Source: a virus. From it: a stretch of DNA of 64,000 nt. Numbering within the stretch: the first letter of the stretch is position 1; every line of letters starts with the position of its first letter. The notes below the pieces were generated by a model. The model made no database searches. It was not told where the DNA came from and saw only the letters and a list, made by a program, of their open reading frames with translations. The stretch spans positions 5,280 to 69,279 of the IMG/VR virus record IMGVR_UViG_3300017934_000023, one strand, 5' to 3'. Of this stretch, positions 28,493 through 37,562 are shown piece after piece. The position numbers were made by a program, and so were the translations under genes.

Positions 28493-28519
28493 AAATAAAG
28501 TATTTAAAGGAGATAAAAT

Positions 28520-28744
28520 ATGCAACAAACTGATACAGGAATTCCGTCTCAGCAATATTTTGATCGAAAAGAAAAAGAGCAGGGTAAGTCGATGCCTGAT
28601 TTTGGTATTGTCGTCGAAAAGTCGAGAGTATATCTAAATCGGATATTGGAAAATAGTGGTTGCATGGATGATTGGAGGGAGGGTTTGAATAGCATACCGG
28701 CTCCGTATGGGTACGATGATAGGTATGCGGGCTCACTGAACTAA
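28520..28744 (+). CDS. hypothetical protein
   Basis: AAGGAG RBS. Confidence 0.5.
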   Translation: MQQTDTGIPSQQYFDRKEKEQGKSMPDFGIVVEKSRVYLNRILENSGCMDDWREGLNSIPAPYGYDDRYAGSLN

Positions 28745-28784
28745 CTAATTGAAAACAAAAGGTTTAAAAGTTATTTTAGTGGTC

Positions 28785-28812
28785 ATGCCACTACTTAAAC
28801 ATATAATGGAGG
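28785..28812 (+). promoter_or_regulatory. phage promoter-like motif, copy 2 (ATGCCACTACTTAAACATATAATGGAGG)
   Basis: 27/28 identical to 8729-8756; lies at the head of the holin/morphogenesis block after an AT-rich tract. Confidence 0.65.
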
Positions 28813-28818
28813 GAGTAC

Positions 28819-28983
28819 GTGCGATATAGCTATAGTTGTTTCCTATGTGGAAGCTCGGTCAGTAAGCCTCCGGTGAGCGCCGGCAAGGACGGAAAGAACG
28901 CCCACGGTCTTCACGGGTGGGGATGTCCCAAGTGTGGCAAGGGCATCAAAGTCAAACGAGTTTTGAAGTCAAATTCTGAGTAG
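28819..28983 (+). CDS. small zinc-ribbon protein (54 aa, MRYSYSCFLCG...CPKCG)
   Basis: GTG start after GGAGGGAG; CxxC...CxxC; below the ORF-track cutoff. Confidence 0.6.
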   Translation: MRYSYSCFLCGSSVSKPPVSAGKDGKNAHGLHGWGCPKCGKGIKVKRVLKSNSE

Positions 28984-29002
28984 TTCACCTGGAGAAATCC
29001 CG

Positions 29003-29203
29003 ATGCCAATCTACGTGTACGAGTGTCCCGCCGGCCATACTACCGAACGGGTGAAGTCCATCAAGGTTTCTGATCGGGCGTTGAACAACGACATCTGTGA
29101 AACTTGTGGTAAGAAAGCCAAGATTATTCCGACTCGCACGGCGCACCCGATCCTTGTAGGTCGTGGCTTCCACGCAAACGACTACGGCGCGCCAACTAAG
29201 TAG
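29003..29203 (+). CDS. FmdB-family zinc-ribbon protein
   Basis: MPIYVYEC..GH...C..CG...G.GF...DY. Confidence 0.85.
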   Translation: MPIYVYECPAGHTTERVKSIKVSDRALNNDICETCGKKAKIIPTRTAHPILVGRGFHANDYGAPTK

Positions 29204-29225
29204 CCTTCCAAGGCATGTACGTCTA

Positions 29226-29270
29226 AAGGGCCAGTTATCCTCCTGACTGGCCCTTCTTAATTTTCAGGAG
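29226..29270 (+). promoter_or_regulatory. hairpin/pseudoknot upstream of the holin-like gene (may also act as terminator)
   Basis: AAGGGCCAGT/ACTGGCCCTT 10-bp stem; loop CTCCTG complementary to downstream CAGGAG RBS; T-rich tail. Confidence 0.55.
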
Positions 29271-29276
29271 ACTCCC

Positions 29277-29534
29277 ATGAAATTTATCAAAGCTTTTTTG
29301 GACGATAAAGATTCGTCTGTCAACCCTATTCATGTGATCATGGTTTTCCTGGTCGTGAATGCAGTGGGTTGGGTATGGTATTTAGTTTTGCATAACAAAG
29401 TTATGCCGGAACTTGGCGGTGTAGCAATGTTGCTTGGTGGTGGCGGCGCCGCCAATTTGGCATACAAGGCAGAAGCGATCGTAGATAAATTTCGCGATAA
29501 AGGCGATATTTCTATCAAAACAGATTTGAAGTAA
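29277..29534 (+). CDS. holin-like 2-TM membrane protein
   Basis: 85 aa, two TM segments, charged C-terminus, about 0.8 kb from the endolysin. Confidence 0.5.
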   Translation: MKFIKAFLDDKDSSVNPIHVIMVFLVVNAVGWVWYLVLHNKVMPELGGVAMLLGGGGAANLAYKAEAIVDKFRDKGDISIKTDLK

Positions 29535-29613
29535 ACGCGGAGCAGGGGACTCACGAGAGGCCGCGAATGAACGGTGATGCTCTGCAAAGGGCCGTTCTCA
29601 GGAAAGTACGATA

Positions 29614-30117
29614 ATGAAAATCCTAAGAAACTTTATTTTAACTGTGGCTTTAATTTTCGGGTTTGCTGTGACATCCCGCGCACAGGAATATAACATAGCA
29701 TCTTGCGGGAAATCATTTACAGTTGAACATGTTGTGATTAAAGATAACAAATTGACATTTGATCATTACATGACCGACCCGAAAACGGTTGTAAAAGATG
29801 TTGATCCTTTGGTATTTGATTATAAGGCAGAAGCGAAAGATAAAGACGGAAATATTCGATTCAAAGCCATTAAAGCAATAGAAGGCCACACAGTTGAAAT
29901 CGGTGGGATTATTCGTAATGATCGTTTTGTCGGACTTCTTCAGATTGATGGAAATTTGGTTTGGGTGTTCTATGGATATGCCGGCAGCGTAGAAGATATG
30001 CCAAAGAATGTTGAAGAAGGTATGGCACTTTGTGGCATGATACACGAAATGGATGTAGACAGTATTCCTGATGTTTTGGTTCGATTTCTTACGCAGAACA
30101 GTGCTACCGAAAATTAA
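29614..30117 (+). CDS. secreted/periplasmic hypothetical protein
   Basis: MKILRNFILTVALIFGFAVTSRA signal peptide; AT-rich. Confidence 0.65.
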   Translation: MKILRNFILTVALIFGFAVTSRAQEYNIASCGKSFTVEHVVIKDNKLTFDHYMTDPKTVVKDVDPLVFDYKAEAKDKDGNIRFKAIKAIEGHTVEIGGIIRNDRFVGLLQIDGNLVWVFYGYAGSVEDMPKNVEEGMALCGMIHEMDVDSIPDVLVRFLTQNSATEN

Positions 30118-30126
30118 GAGGTTTTT

Positions 30127-30309
30127 ATGCCTTTCGAAAGTCTAGCACAAGAAGGATTTGCTCATGAGCATCCCGAGAAATTCGGGGGTGCGGAAGTTGT
30201 GAAAGAATTCGATGAAGCAACTAAAGGTAAGAAGCTTCCGAAGCGAAAGCATCCGAAGCAAACGAAGAAACCAGTAGTTAGAATGAGGCACACGGCTCGG
30301 CCGCGGTGA
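30127..30309 (+). CDS. small basic phage protein (MPFxSxAQ type)
   Basis: MPFESLAQ...EFDEATKGKKLPKR. Confidence 0.6.
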   Translation: MPFESLAQEGFAHEHPEKFGGAEVVKEFDEATKGKKLPKRKHPKQTKKPVVRMRHTARPR

Positions 30310-30316
30310 AAATATT

Positions 30317-31033
30317 ATGGCGGAAGAAAAACATGTAGACGCGGCCAAAGAAGTCGCGAAGAGTAAAAGACTTTTAGAAAAAGCTAATAAATTTACAACG
30401 CAGGTAGAAGGGAAGCCGAGGGGCATGTTTGCTCCCGCTCCGAAACCAGCTATTGAAGCGCCTAAACCGAAAAGTGCGGGATTGCTTGCAGAAGCTGAGA
30501 GCGCTGGAGCCGGTCTAAAAGCTAGGGAAGCCAACGTGAATGAATATGTAGCAACGGCTCCGAAAATGCATAATGGTGGGAAAGTGCAGGAAGATGGCGT
30601 AAAAGATTTGCAGAAGGGCGAAACAGTCCTTCCGAAAGATAAAAAGAAAGCGGAGAAACTAGCTATGGCACATCTAGGAAAGAAAGCCGGCGCGATGAGT
30701 GCGGCTGTTGAAGAAGAGAAAGCAGAGAAGGAAACCCCTAAGCAGGAGAAAGCCGAAGGAAAGAAAGGCGAGAAAGCTGAGAAGCATACTGCTCCTAAGA
30801 AAGAAAAGAAACTCGGTAAGCATGATTTTGCTCGTACTGAGATCATTCATCACCCGAACGGATCCCATACGAGCACGCATCACTACCGTCCAGCTAAGAT
30901 GGGCGCCGACGGAAAGATGCCTGAACAGCGGGAGCCAATGACTTATGCGTCTCCTGATTTTGCGTCGATGCACCAAGGAATGGAAGATAACCTTGGCGGT
31001 GGACCAGCCGCGGCTGAACAAGCCCCTGAATAA
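30317..31033 (+). CDS. charged low-complexity head-region protein with HxGG...GExV module
   Basis: KMHNGGKVQEDGVKDLQKGETVLP; K/E-rich. Confidence 0.6.
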   Translation: MAEEKHVDAAKEVAKSKRLLEKANKFTTQVEGKPRGMFAPAPKPAIEAPKPKSAGLLAEAESAGAGLKAREANVNEYVATAPKMHNGGKVQEDGVKDLQKGETVLPKDKKKAEKLAMAHLGKKAGAMSAAVEEEKAEKETPKQEKAEGKKGEKAEKHTAPKKEKKLGKHDFARTEIIHHPNGSHTSTHHYRPAKMGADGKMPEQREPMTYASPDFASMHQGMEDNLGGGPAAAEQAPE

Positions 31034-31080
31034 ACGAAGTACCAAGAACGGGCCGGATTGGTCCTCTCGAGGTCACGGAA

Positions 31081-33045
31081 ATGGAAGTGAAATTCACTAC
31101 GGAGTATTTGTATAACGAGGCTTCCGCATTAGCGGCTGCTGCCGGAGATCAACTCACAGTAAGACATTTTTGGAAAGTAGCCGATCGAGATCTTGCTGGC
31201 TCGGCTCCCAAGGGTTTAGAAGAACTCATTCTTCGCGCGAAAAATTATATTCAGTTCGATCGCGCGCTTGTAAAATTTGCTACGGACCCTAACGATCAGG
31301 AAGTTGCGGCATCTGCTCGGCGTATGGAAATATTCGACGCCCACCTGGAAGAACTCAAGGCCGTGGATCCGCAATCACAGACGTCAGCATTTTTGCAATT
31401 CATGTGCCGGACGAACCTGTTGTTCTTGGGCCGTGAAATATTTGATAAAGCTTTTACATTTTTTACTCACGCAGCCATATGCAATTTGTTTGTACAGAAG
31501 GATCCGGGTAAAGAAATCCATGAACAGGACGACATAAAGGAACGTCTACTCCTGTATCCTCGTGGTAGTTTTAAATCCACGATCGATGTCATTGATTGTG
31601 TTCAATGGCTCATTAATTTTCCTAACGTTCGTATTCTGATTCTTGCTGCAGAAACCGGTCTGGCTACATCGTTCATTGGAGAAATGAAGAATTATTTCTT
31701 CGTACCTAAGGAAGCCACATCGACGAATTTTCAGAAACTCTTTCCAGCCTGGACCATTTCATCCAAGACGGAAGGCGCCGAAGATGAATTTTTCTGCCCG
31801 TGTAGGACAGTCGGCGACGAAAAGAAGAAAGATCCCTCAGCTTGGTCAGCATCTATTCTGTCCAACCTTCCTGGTTGGCACTGCGACCTGATGAAGGGTG
31901 ACGACGTTGTCAACGATAAGAACGCTGATACACCCCAATTAATCTTGAAGGTGATACGAAAAATCAACTACGCCGAGTCCCTAGTAGACCCGGGCGGCTT
32001 TAAAGATCTGCTTGGCACACCATATGCCGGCGCGGACTTGTATACGCACACAGTTGAAGCAACGGCACCTGAAGACTTGAAGAAGCTCGTTATACCGGCT
32101 CGGTGGCTGATCCCTGCCTCACAACATAAAGATGAGAGAGATTGCACTGAATCAGACTATGAGCTTCTTTTCGAGTTTGATAAAACAGGACGAAAGCGTC
32201 TTACGCATGATTTCCTGAATAAAAGAAAACGTAAGGACCTGGGGATTTATCTTTCCCAGTACATGCTGAATGCTTCGGGCACGCGCAAAGTAAAGTTCAC
32301 GATGGACCTTTTGGTCCAGCGGACTATTTCGCTTGAGCAGCTTCCACATCAGCTTCGTTATTATATTTTTTGGGACTTTGCTTATGCGGCCAATCAATCG
32401 AGTGACTATTCTGTTGGTGCTGTTATCGGTTTGGATGCTGAGAATCGCGCGTATGTGGTGGAAGTCTTTAGGGACCACTACATAGATAGCGAGTTAGCTC
32501 GAGAGATTGTTTCATCTTATCAGAAATATCAGCCTCGCTTGGTATGTATTGAAAACTCTAACGGTGCTCAGTTCCTGGAACAGACTATCCGGCGGTACGC
32601 CGAAGAAGTGGGAATTAGTTACATCCCTCTGGACTTCTTTAAGGTGGACAAGTCGGCCAACGCAAAAGCTAGTCGTATTGGATCTGTGCAACCTTATCTC
32701 CTCGGCGGTCAGTTGTTCTTCATGAACACGATCTTTTGTCTCGAGGATTTATATAAAGAATTCAGGGACTTTGGTGCTACAGTTCATGACGATATCCCTG
32801 ACGCTATCAGTAATTTTACCAGAGTGCTTCCCGCGGGCGTTCCGGAACCCGGCGGTCCCGGCGGAAAAGAAAGAGTCCGTCAATTTGAGGAATCCCTTCG
32901 TGAGAAGGAATTTTATGATTTCATTTTCGGACAAGGTGATTATGCACCGGCCGTAGTAGAAACACCTATCAGCACAGAACCAGGAACTGGCGAATCGCCC
33001 GACTCTGAACTTTACAATCCTTACGGTATACCGGGCTTAAAGTAA
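31081..33045 (+). CDS. terL: terminase large subunit
   Basis: LLLYPRGSFKST Walker A, KGDD Walker B, GTPY, WDFAY...SDYS, IENSNG, HDDIPDA RNase H-like motifs. Confidence 0.9.
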   Translation: MEVKFTTEYLYNEASALAAAAGDQLTVRHFWKVADRDLAGSAPKGLEELILRAKNYIQFDRALVKFATDPNDQEVAASARRMEIFDAHLEELKAVDPQSQTSAFLQFMCRTNLLFLGREIFDKAFTFFTHAAICNLFVQKDPGKEIHEQDDIKERLLLYPRGSFKSTIDVIDCVQWLINFPNVRILILAAETGLATSFIGEMKNYFFVPKEATSTNFQKLFPAWTISSKTEGAEDEFFCPCRTVGDEKKKDPSAWSASILSNLPGWHCDLMKGDDVVNDKNADTPQLILKVIRKINYAESLVDPGGFKDLLGTPYAGADLYTHTVEATAPEDLKKLVIPARWLIPASQHKDERDCTESDYELLFEFDKTGRKRLTHDFLNKRKRKDLGIYLSQYMLNASGTRKVKFTMDLLVQRTISLEQLPHQLRYYIFWDFAYAANQSSDYSVGAVIGLDAENRAYVVEVFRDHYIDSELAREIVSSYQKYQPRLVCIENSNGAQFLEQTIRRYAEEVGISYIPLDFFKVDKSANAKASRIGSVQPYLLGGQLFFMNTIFCLEDLYKEFRDFGATVHDDIPDAISNFTRVLPAGVPEPGGPGGKERVRQFEESLREKEFYDFIFGQGDYAPAVVETPISTEPGTGESPDSELYNPYGIPGLK

Positions 33046-33060
33046 GCCAAAGAGAATCTT

Positions 33061-35189
33061 ATGTCCTCAGTCGAACCAATTAAAGGCACTTCGACTGCCG
33101 GCCAAATAAAATTTGCCGACATCAAGAGCCCAATGGAAGTATCGGATGATGCTGCACTCAAAATAGTTACGAGGGATGCAAAATTTACTCGTTCCTGGCT
33201 CGAGAGCAGATACTTTAATCTCCGTTGGATTGAAATTGATTTGCTGTATCAGTCTCCCCCGACACTGCGCGTGTGGGAAGGGACATCGATGCCGAAGGCG
33301 AACATCGCCAGTTTACGGTAGCGACTCACGTTAATGCGATCAACTCCAAACTCATTGGGGGTTTATTCTACGAAGAGCCTCCGTTCAAGCTGATTTCTAA
33401 ATCGAGCATGTCTACGGATTTGGCTCGCGCAATTGAAGAGGTTACTTCTTTTCAGCTTGACGAGATGAATTTCAAACAAGAAGTGAAGTATGGATTCTTT
33501 TCTTGTTTGTTGAACGGAACAGGCATTTGGAAGTGGGGTTGGAAAGATTATTATAAGACTGAATGGGAATTTGAACCTGTAGGTGAACCCGAAGATTATC
33601 AAAATGAAGATGGTTCTACCGATACAGTTCCTACTCAGGATTCTGATTCTTTCAAGATGCTTCAGGTTGAGAAACTTTGTTCTCATCCTTTCTTTGAGAA
33701 TTGCGACATCCGTACAGTTTTGGTATCTCCAGGATGCCGTACACCAGATATTCGCGATGCTAATTTCGTCATTCATGAGTTTCCGGTCACATATCGGGAT
33801 CTCATGAGAATGAAGGATGAAGTTTATTACGACGAGAAGAATGAACCTATTTATCGGTACAATCTTCCTTCCGAAGCTGAAATTAAAGAGTGGTTTGAAG
33901 GCACGCAAGCGACTGATGATAGTCGCGCGATCGCTAGCCAGGATATGACATCCGGCCAGAATAACACTCAGTTCGTTCAGCATGCGGCTCCAATATTTAC
34001 TAAGACAACGGAAGATCCTCTCGATGAACCCCTGCTCATTCAAGAGCGGTGGGACAAAGAGAAGGTGCTTACCGTTCTTGCCGGTAATAGGGTTATCCGC
34101 AACGAGCCTAATCCGTTCGGATGTATTCCATTTTACTCAGTCAATTGGTGGATGATTCAGGACTGCTTTTGGGGTCTCGGTCTGGGAACCGCGCTCGGCG
34201 GCGAGCAACGTTTACAGCAAGGCTTCATCAATGCGGTCGCGGATATCGGTACACTGGCAGCCAATCAACCGATCGTTCGGTCGCGCGGCGCCAACATCAA
34301 TACTCAGCAAGTCCGGGCCCGTCTGGGTGGATTCATCGATGTTGATGGAGACGCAACGAAAGCGTTGCATCCGATGGACATTCCTAAGATTCAATCCGAA
34401 TTGTTCCAGGTTGTGGCGGCATCTGAAGGCAGAACAGAATCTACATCCGGCGCGAGCGAAATGCTCACGATGGGATCGTCAAAGCCTAGCGGTCGCGGCT
34501 CCTCAATGGGGCGCACAGCGACAGGCGCTGGCGGTATGATGCAAGCGGCCGTCGATCGTATCGGCGGTTTGGTGGAAGACTTTAATCGTCAGGTATTTCA
34601 GCCGTGGTTGTGGAAGATGTACGATTTGAATCGTATGTTCCTGCCCGCGTCTGTGTATCGGTCGATTTTGTCTGATGCCTACGCTAAAGAAATCAAGTCT
34701 ACGTTTGCCGACTATATGAAGGGCAAGAAAGGTATCAAGACTTTCAGTGTCCTGGCCGGCAGCCATATGGCAGCTCGTCAGCAAATGGCGCAGTCGATGC
34801 CTCTCATCATGCAGTACTTCACGAACCCGGCTCTCGCAGGTCAGGTTGCGGATATCAATAGTGAGTACATTGCGTATTCAGAATTGCTCCATATGCTTAC
34901 TGACGTCAGCGGATTTGGTGGATCTACTTATTATTCCATCTTCCGTCCTTTGACGCCGGAAATGAAGGCACAGCGTGCCGCTCAGAACCCGGCCGCAGCT
35001 AAGATGAAGGCACAAGCTGCCAACAACGATCAACGTTTCCAACAGAAGTCCCAACTGCAATCGCAGGCATGGACGGAGAGAGCGGCGGGCGATATCATCC
35101 GACACTCTCTTGAACAAGCCGGATCCTCAGAGGCTATTACGGGCGAGCCCGGTGGGCCAGGATTTGGCGGCGGTGAGTTACCAGCTTAA
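33061..35189 (+). CDS. portal protein, split by a -1 frame break near 33310
   Basis: follows terL; GTGIWKWGW, IRNEPNPFGCIPF, FWGLGLG, TATG portal motifs; 33061-33321 and 33273-35189 read as one protein across the break. Confidence 0.8.
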
Positions 35190-35210
35190 CGTGCTTCCGG
35201 GAGGAATCAC

Positions 35211-35597
35211 ATGGGAATTATGGACGAATTTGAAACCGGACCGGTAGAAGGATTACAGCCTATAGCTATGCGTGATCCATATGCTTTGAAGCTTACGCCT
35301 CAGGATTTGGTGATCCTAGTTAATTGGATTAGTTCTCCGGCCTATAAAGTCTGGCAGAAATTGTCAGAAGGCATCATTGAGAAATCAGAGACGGGTCATT
35401 TCCAGAACTGGAAAGATAAGGAAGCTTTTGAGCGTACCGGACTTGTTGCTGTAGCTCAACGTTTGTTTTATGAAGAGCAGCAAAAAGAGATAAAAACTCA
35501 AGTCGATGAATTCCGCAGTGAAATTGATTTTGCCCGAAAGAAGAAAGAATCTTTGTTAGAGTCTCCCGAAGATCAAATCACTAGGGAACTCACTTAA
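35211..35597 (+). CDS. hypothetical head-region protein
   Basis: GGAGG RBS; between portal and scaffold. Confidence 0.65.
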   Translation: MGIMDEFETGPVEGLQPIAMRDPYALKLTPQDLVILVNWISSPAYKVWQKLSEGIIEKSETGHFQNWKDKEAFERTGLVAVAQRLFYEEQQKEIKTQVDEFRSEIDFARKKKESLLESPEDQITRELT

Positions 35598-35607
35598 GGA
35601 GAATAAA

Positions 35608-35778
35608 ATGGTTTACGAAATCGTTGCAGTTGTGGTTGCTCTTGGTGTTGGGTTTGGCATTGGTCGTGTGAAGAATTCAGCTAAGCTGGCGGCTGTTAGG
35701 GCCGAACTAGATAAGGCTGAGGCTTCGGTTGTTGCGGAAGTGAAGTCTCTCGTCGCGGCTGTTAAGGCGAAACTCTAA
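35608..35778 (+). CDS. small membrane protein (56 aa, MVYEIVAVVVALGVGFGIG...)
   Basis: AAGGAG RBS, N-terminal TM, TAATG coupling to the next gene. Confidence 0.65.
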   Translation: MVYEIVAVVVALGVGFGIGRVKNSAKLAAVRAELDKAEASVVAEVKSLVAAVKAKL

Positions 35779-36113
35779 TGGTTGATCCTAGACTAGCATA
35801 TAACGATATGAGTTTTTGGGCAGCCTTTACTCTTTTCGTTCTAGTCGGTTTCGGTATCGTGGCGTCTCTTGCAGATTGTTACTACACCGGGATCGGACTG
35901 TCAAAAGGTTTTAAAGAAGGCAATCCTGTTTTTAAGCTGTTGATGAAAAAGATGGGACTTGCTGAGGCGTGTTTTGTTACCACAGCCGCGTATATTTTTA
36001 CGGCTGGATTGATGTCCATGGTATCTCACACCGCGGCTTATGTATATGCCGCAGGTATCGCGGGCCTTGAAGTTTTTAATGCACTTCGAAATCGTAAGTT
36101 GGTTTCTAAGTAA
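35778..36113 (+). CDS. 3-TM membrane protein (DUF5658-like)
   Basis: D..YT..GL..G..EGNP motif, hydrophobic helices. Confidence 0.6.
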   Translation: MVDPRLAYNDMSFWAAFTLFVLVGFGIVASLADCYYTGIGLSKGFKEGNPVFKLLMKKMGLAEACFVTTAAYIFTAGLMSMVSHTAAYVYAAGIAGLEVFNALRNRKLVSK

Positions 36114-36175
36114 CAGTTGAATCGTAGTAGAAAACTCTGTTTCGTCCGGCGGATTGCCGGCCAAGGAGAAGTAAA

Positions 36176-37525
36176 ATGAAGTCAGTTCAAGAACTAATTG
36201 CGCTCGGAAAGGTTCCTAGCGATACCACGCAAGCAAAAGATTTGACTGGTTACCCAAACGGGTGGCCAATCTTCACTAACATTGCTGATCAGGTGAAATT
36301 CGATTGGGACAATCTACCGTCCGATCGCGTTCGCGTTTTGAAAGGGCAACCGGAATATTTGAAGGCTCTCAATGAATTTTTGCTTGAGCCCTCGGCGCCA
36401 GTTACAGATCTTTCTGTTCCTCCCTCCCCGGTGTCAGTGGAAGAGGAAGTGATTAATCCCCCGGCTCCAGTGCCTCCAGTAGCCGCAGAAGTTCCTCCGG
36501 CTTCTGTCGAGGAAGTTGTTCCTCCGGCGCCAGTAGTCCCGGCGGCTACAGAAGAAACCGAAGGCACCCGAATCGACTATCCTTTCGGATCGATCGTTAA
36601 GGTGAAAGGTGGATGGGAAGCGCGCATAGACAATCAGGACGGATCTGGCGTTCAAGTCTATAAGAGCAAGACGAAAGATGAGTTGATCGGAAAATTGATG
36701 CAAGCCCAGGCGCATGCATCACAGAAGATTCGTGAACAGAAGCTTGAGAGAGATAGGTTGCTCGCAGAAGAGCCAGCAGATCTTGCTCCTGTTCGTAGAA
36801 AGTTGGCACCTAGGGCATTGACAGCGGATGAACAATTTGAATTTGCCGAAGCGCTGTCGTCCGGTGATCCGACCCGAATTAACAAAGCGATGGCCAAGCG
36901 TGATGAAATCGTTCTTGGTGGATCGCCAGCCGAAGTTATCGGTGAAGTTGTTAAGCATCAGGAACAGCTTGAGTTTGAGTCGTACAAGGCTGTTGCCAAA
37001 GCATTCATGAAGCAGAATGATGATGTTATATTCTCCAAAGAACTTGGAGATAAAATTGATGTCATTCTTGCTGAAAATAAATGGGCATACACTGTTCGAA
37101 ATTTGAATAAGTGTTTAGCTCAGCTTAGAAACAACAATGAAGTCACAATGAAAGTTTCGACACCCGTGTCTGAAGAAGTGGAGCTACCTATTCCAACTTC
37201 GTCACGAGAAGCAGCGCCTGCAGCGGCGGCACCCGTATCAACGGTTGCTGTTCCCGCAGTGCCTGCTGCAACACCAGCATCACAGCCGAAATCCACTCCT
37301 GCCCCCGCATCCGCGGCCGGCGAGAGGATTAGGCCAGGGTCCGCATCCACAGGGTTAAGTCCGCGTCAAGCCAGTGTCCGGCAAGGCGCGACCCCCTCAG
37401 CACCAGTGGCGCTGACCGCCGAGGAATACAATAGAATGTCCGTAAGCGAAACGAGACGTAAATACAAAACCGACCCGGGATTCAGGTCGTCCGTCGATAA
37501 GTTGATCGCCGAAGGCAAGATCTAG
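36176..37525 (+). CDS. capsid scaffolding protein
   Basis: immediately upstream of the major capsid gene; Pro/Ala-rich linkers and coiled segments. Confidence 0.65.
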   Translation: MKSVQELIALGKVPSDTTQAKDLTGYPNGWPIFTNIADQVKFDWDNLPSDRVRVLKGQPEYLKALNEFLLEPSAPVTDLSVPPSPVSVEEEVINPPAPVPPVAAEVPPASVEEVVPPAPVVPAATEETEGTRIDYPFGSIVKVKGGWEARIDNQDGSGVQVYKSKTKDELIGKLMQAQAHASQKIREQKLERDRLLAEEPADLAPVRRKLAPRALTADEQFEFAEALSSGDPTRINKAMAKRDEIVLGGSPAEVIGEVVKHQEQLEFESYKAVAKAFMKQNDDVIFSKELGDKIDVILAENKWAYTVRNLNKCLAQLRNNNEVTMKVSTPVSEEVELPIPTSSREAAPAAAAPVSTVAVPAVPAATPASQPKSTPAPASAAGERIRPGSASTGLSPRQASVRQGATPSAPVALTAEEYNRMSVSETRRKYKTDPGFRSSVDKLIAEGKI

Positions 37526-37562
37526 CGTAAACCGCGCAGTAGTTTTAGGAAGTTAATTCACA

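Noticed and set aside
28840-28985. ncRNA suggested by hairpins CCCAC/GTGGG and GATGTCC/GGGCATC
   Set aside because: The interval is better explained by a 54-aa CxxC/CxxC ORF with a good RBS
29535-29600. HDV-like ribozyme or SAM-II/SAH riboswitch
   Set aside because: No room for the HDV P3/L3 element and the riboswitch consensus nucleotides are not recognisable; kept only as an unassigned structure
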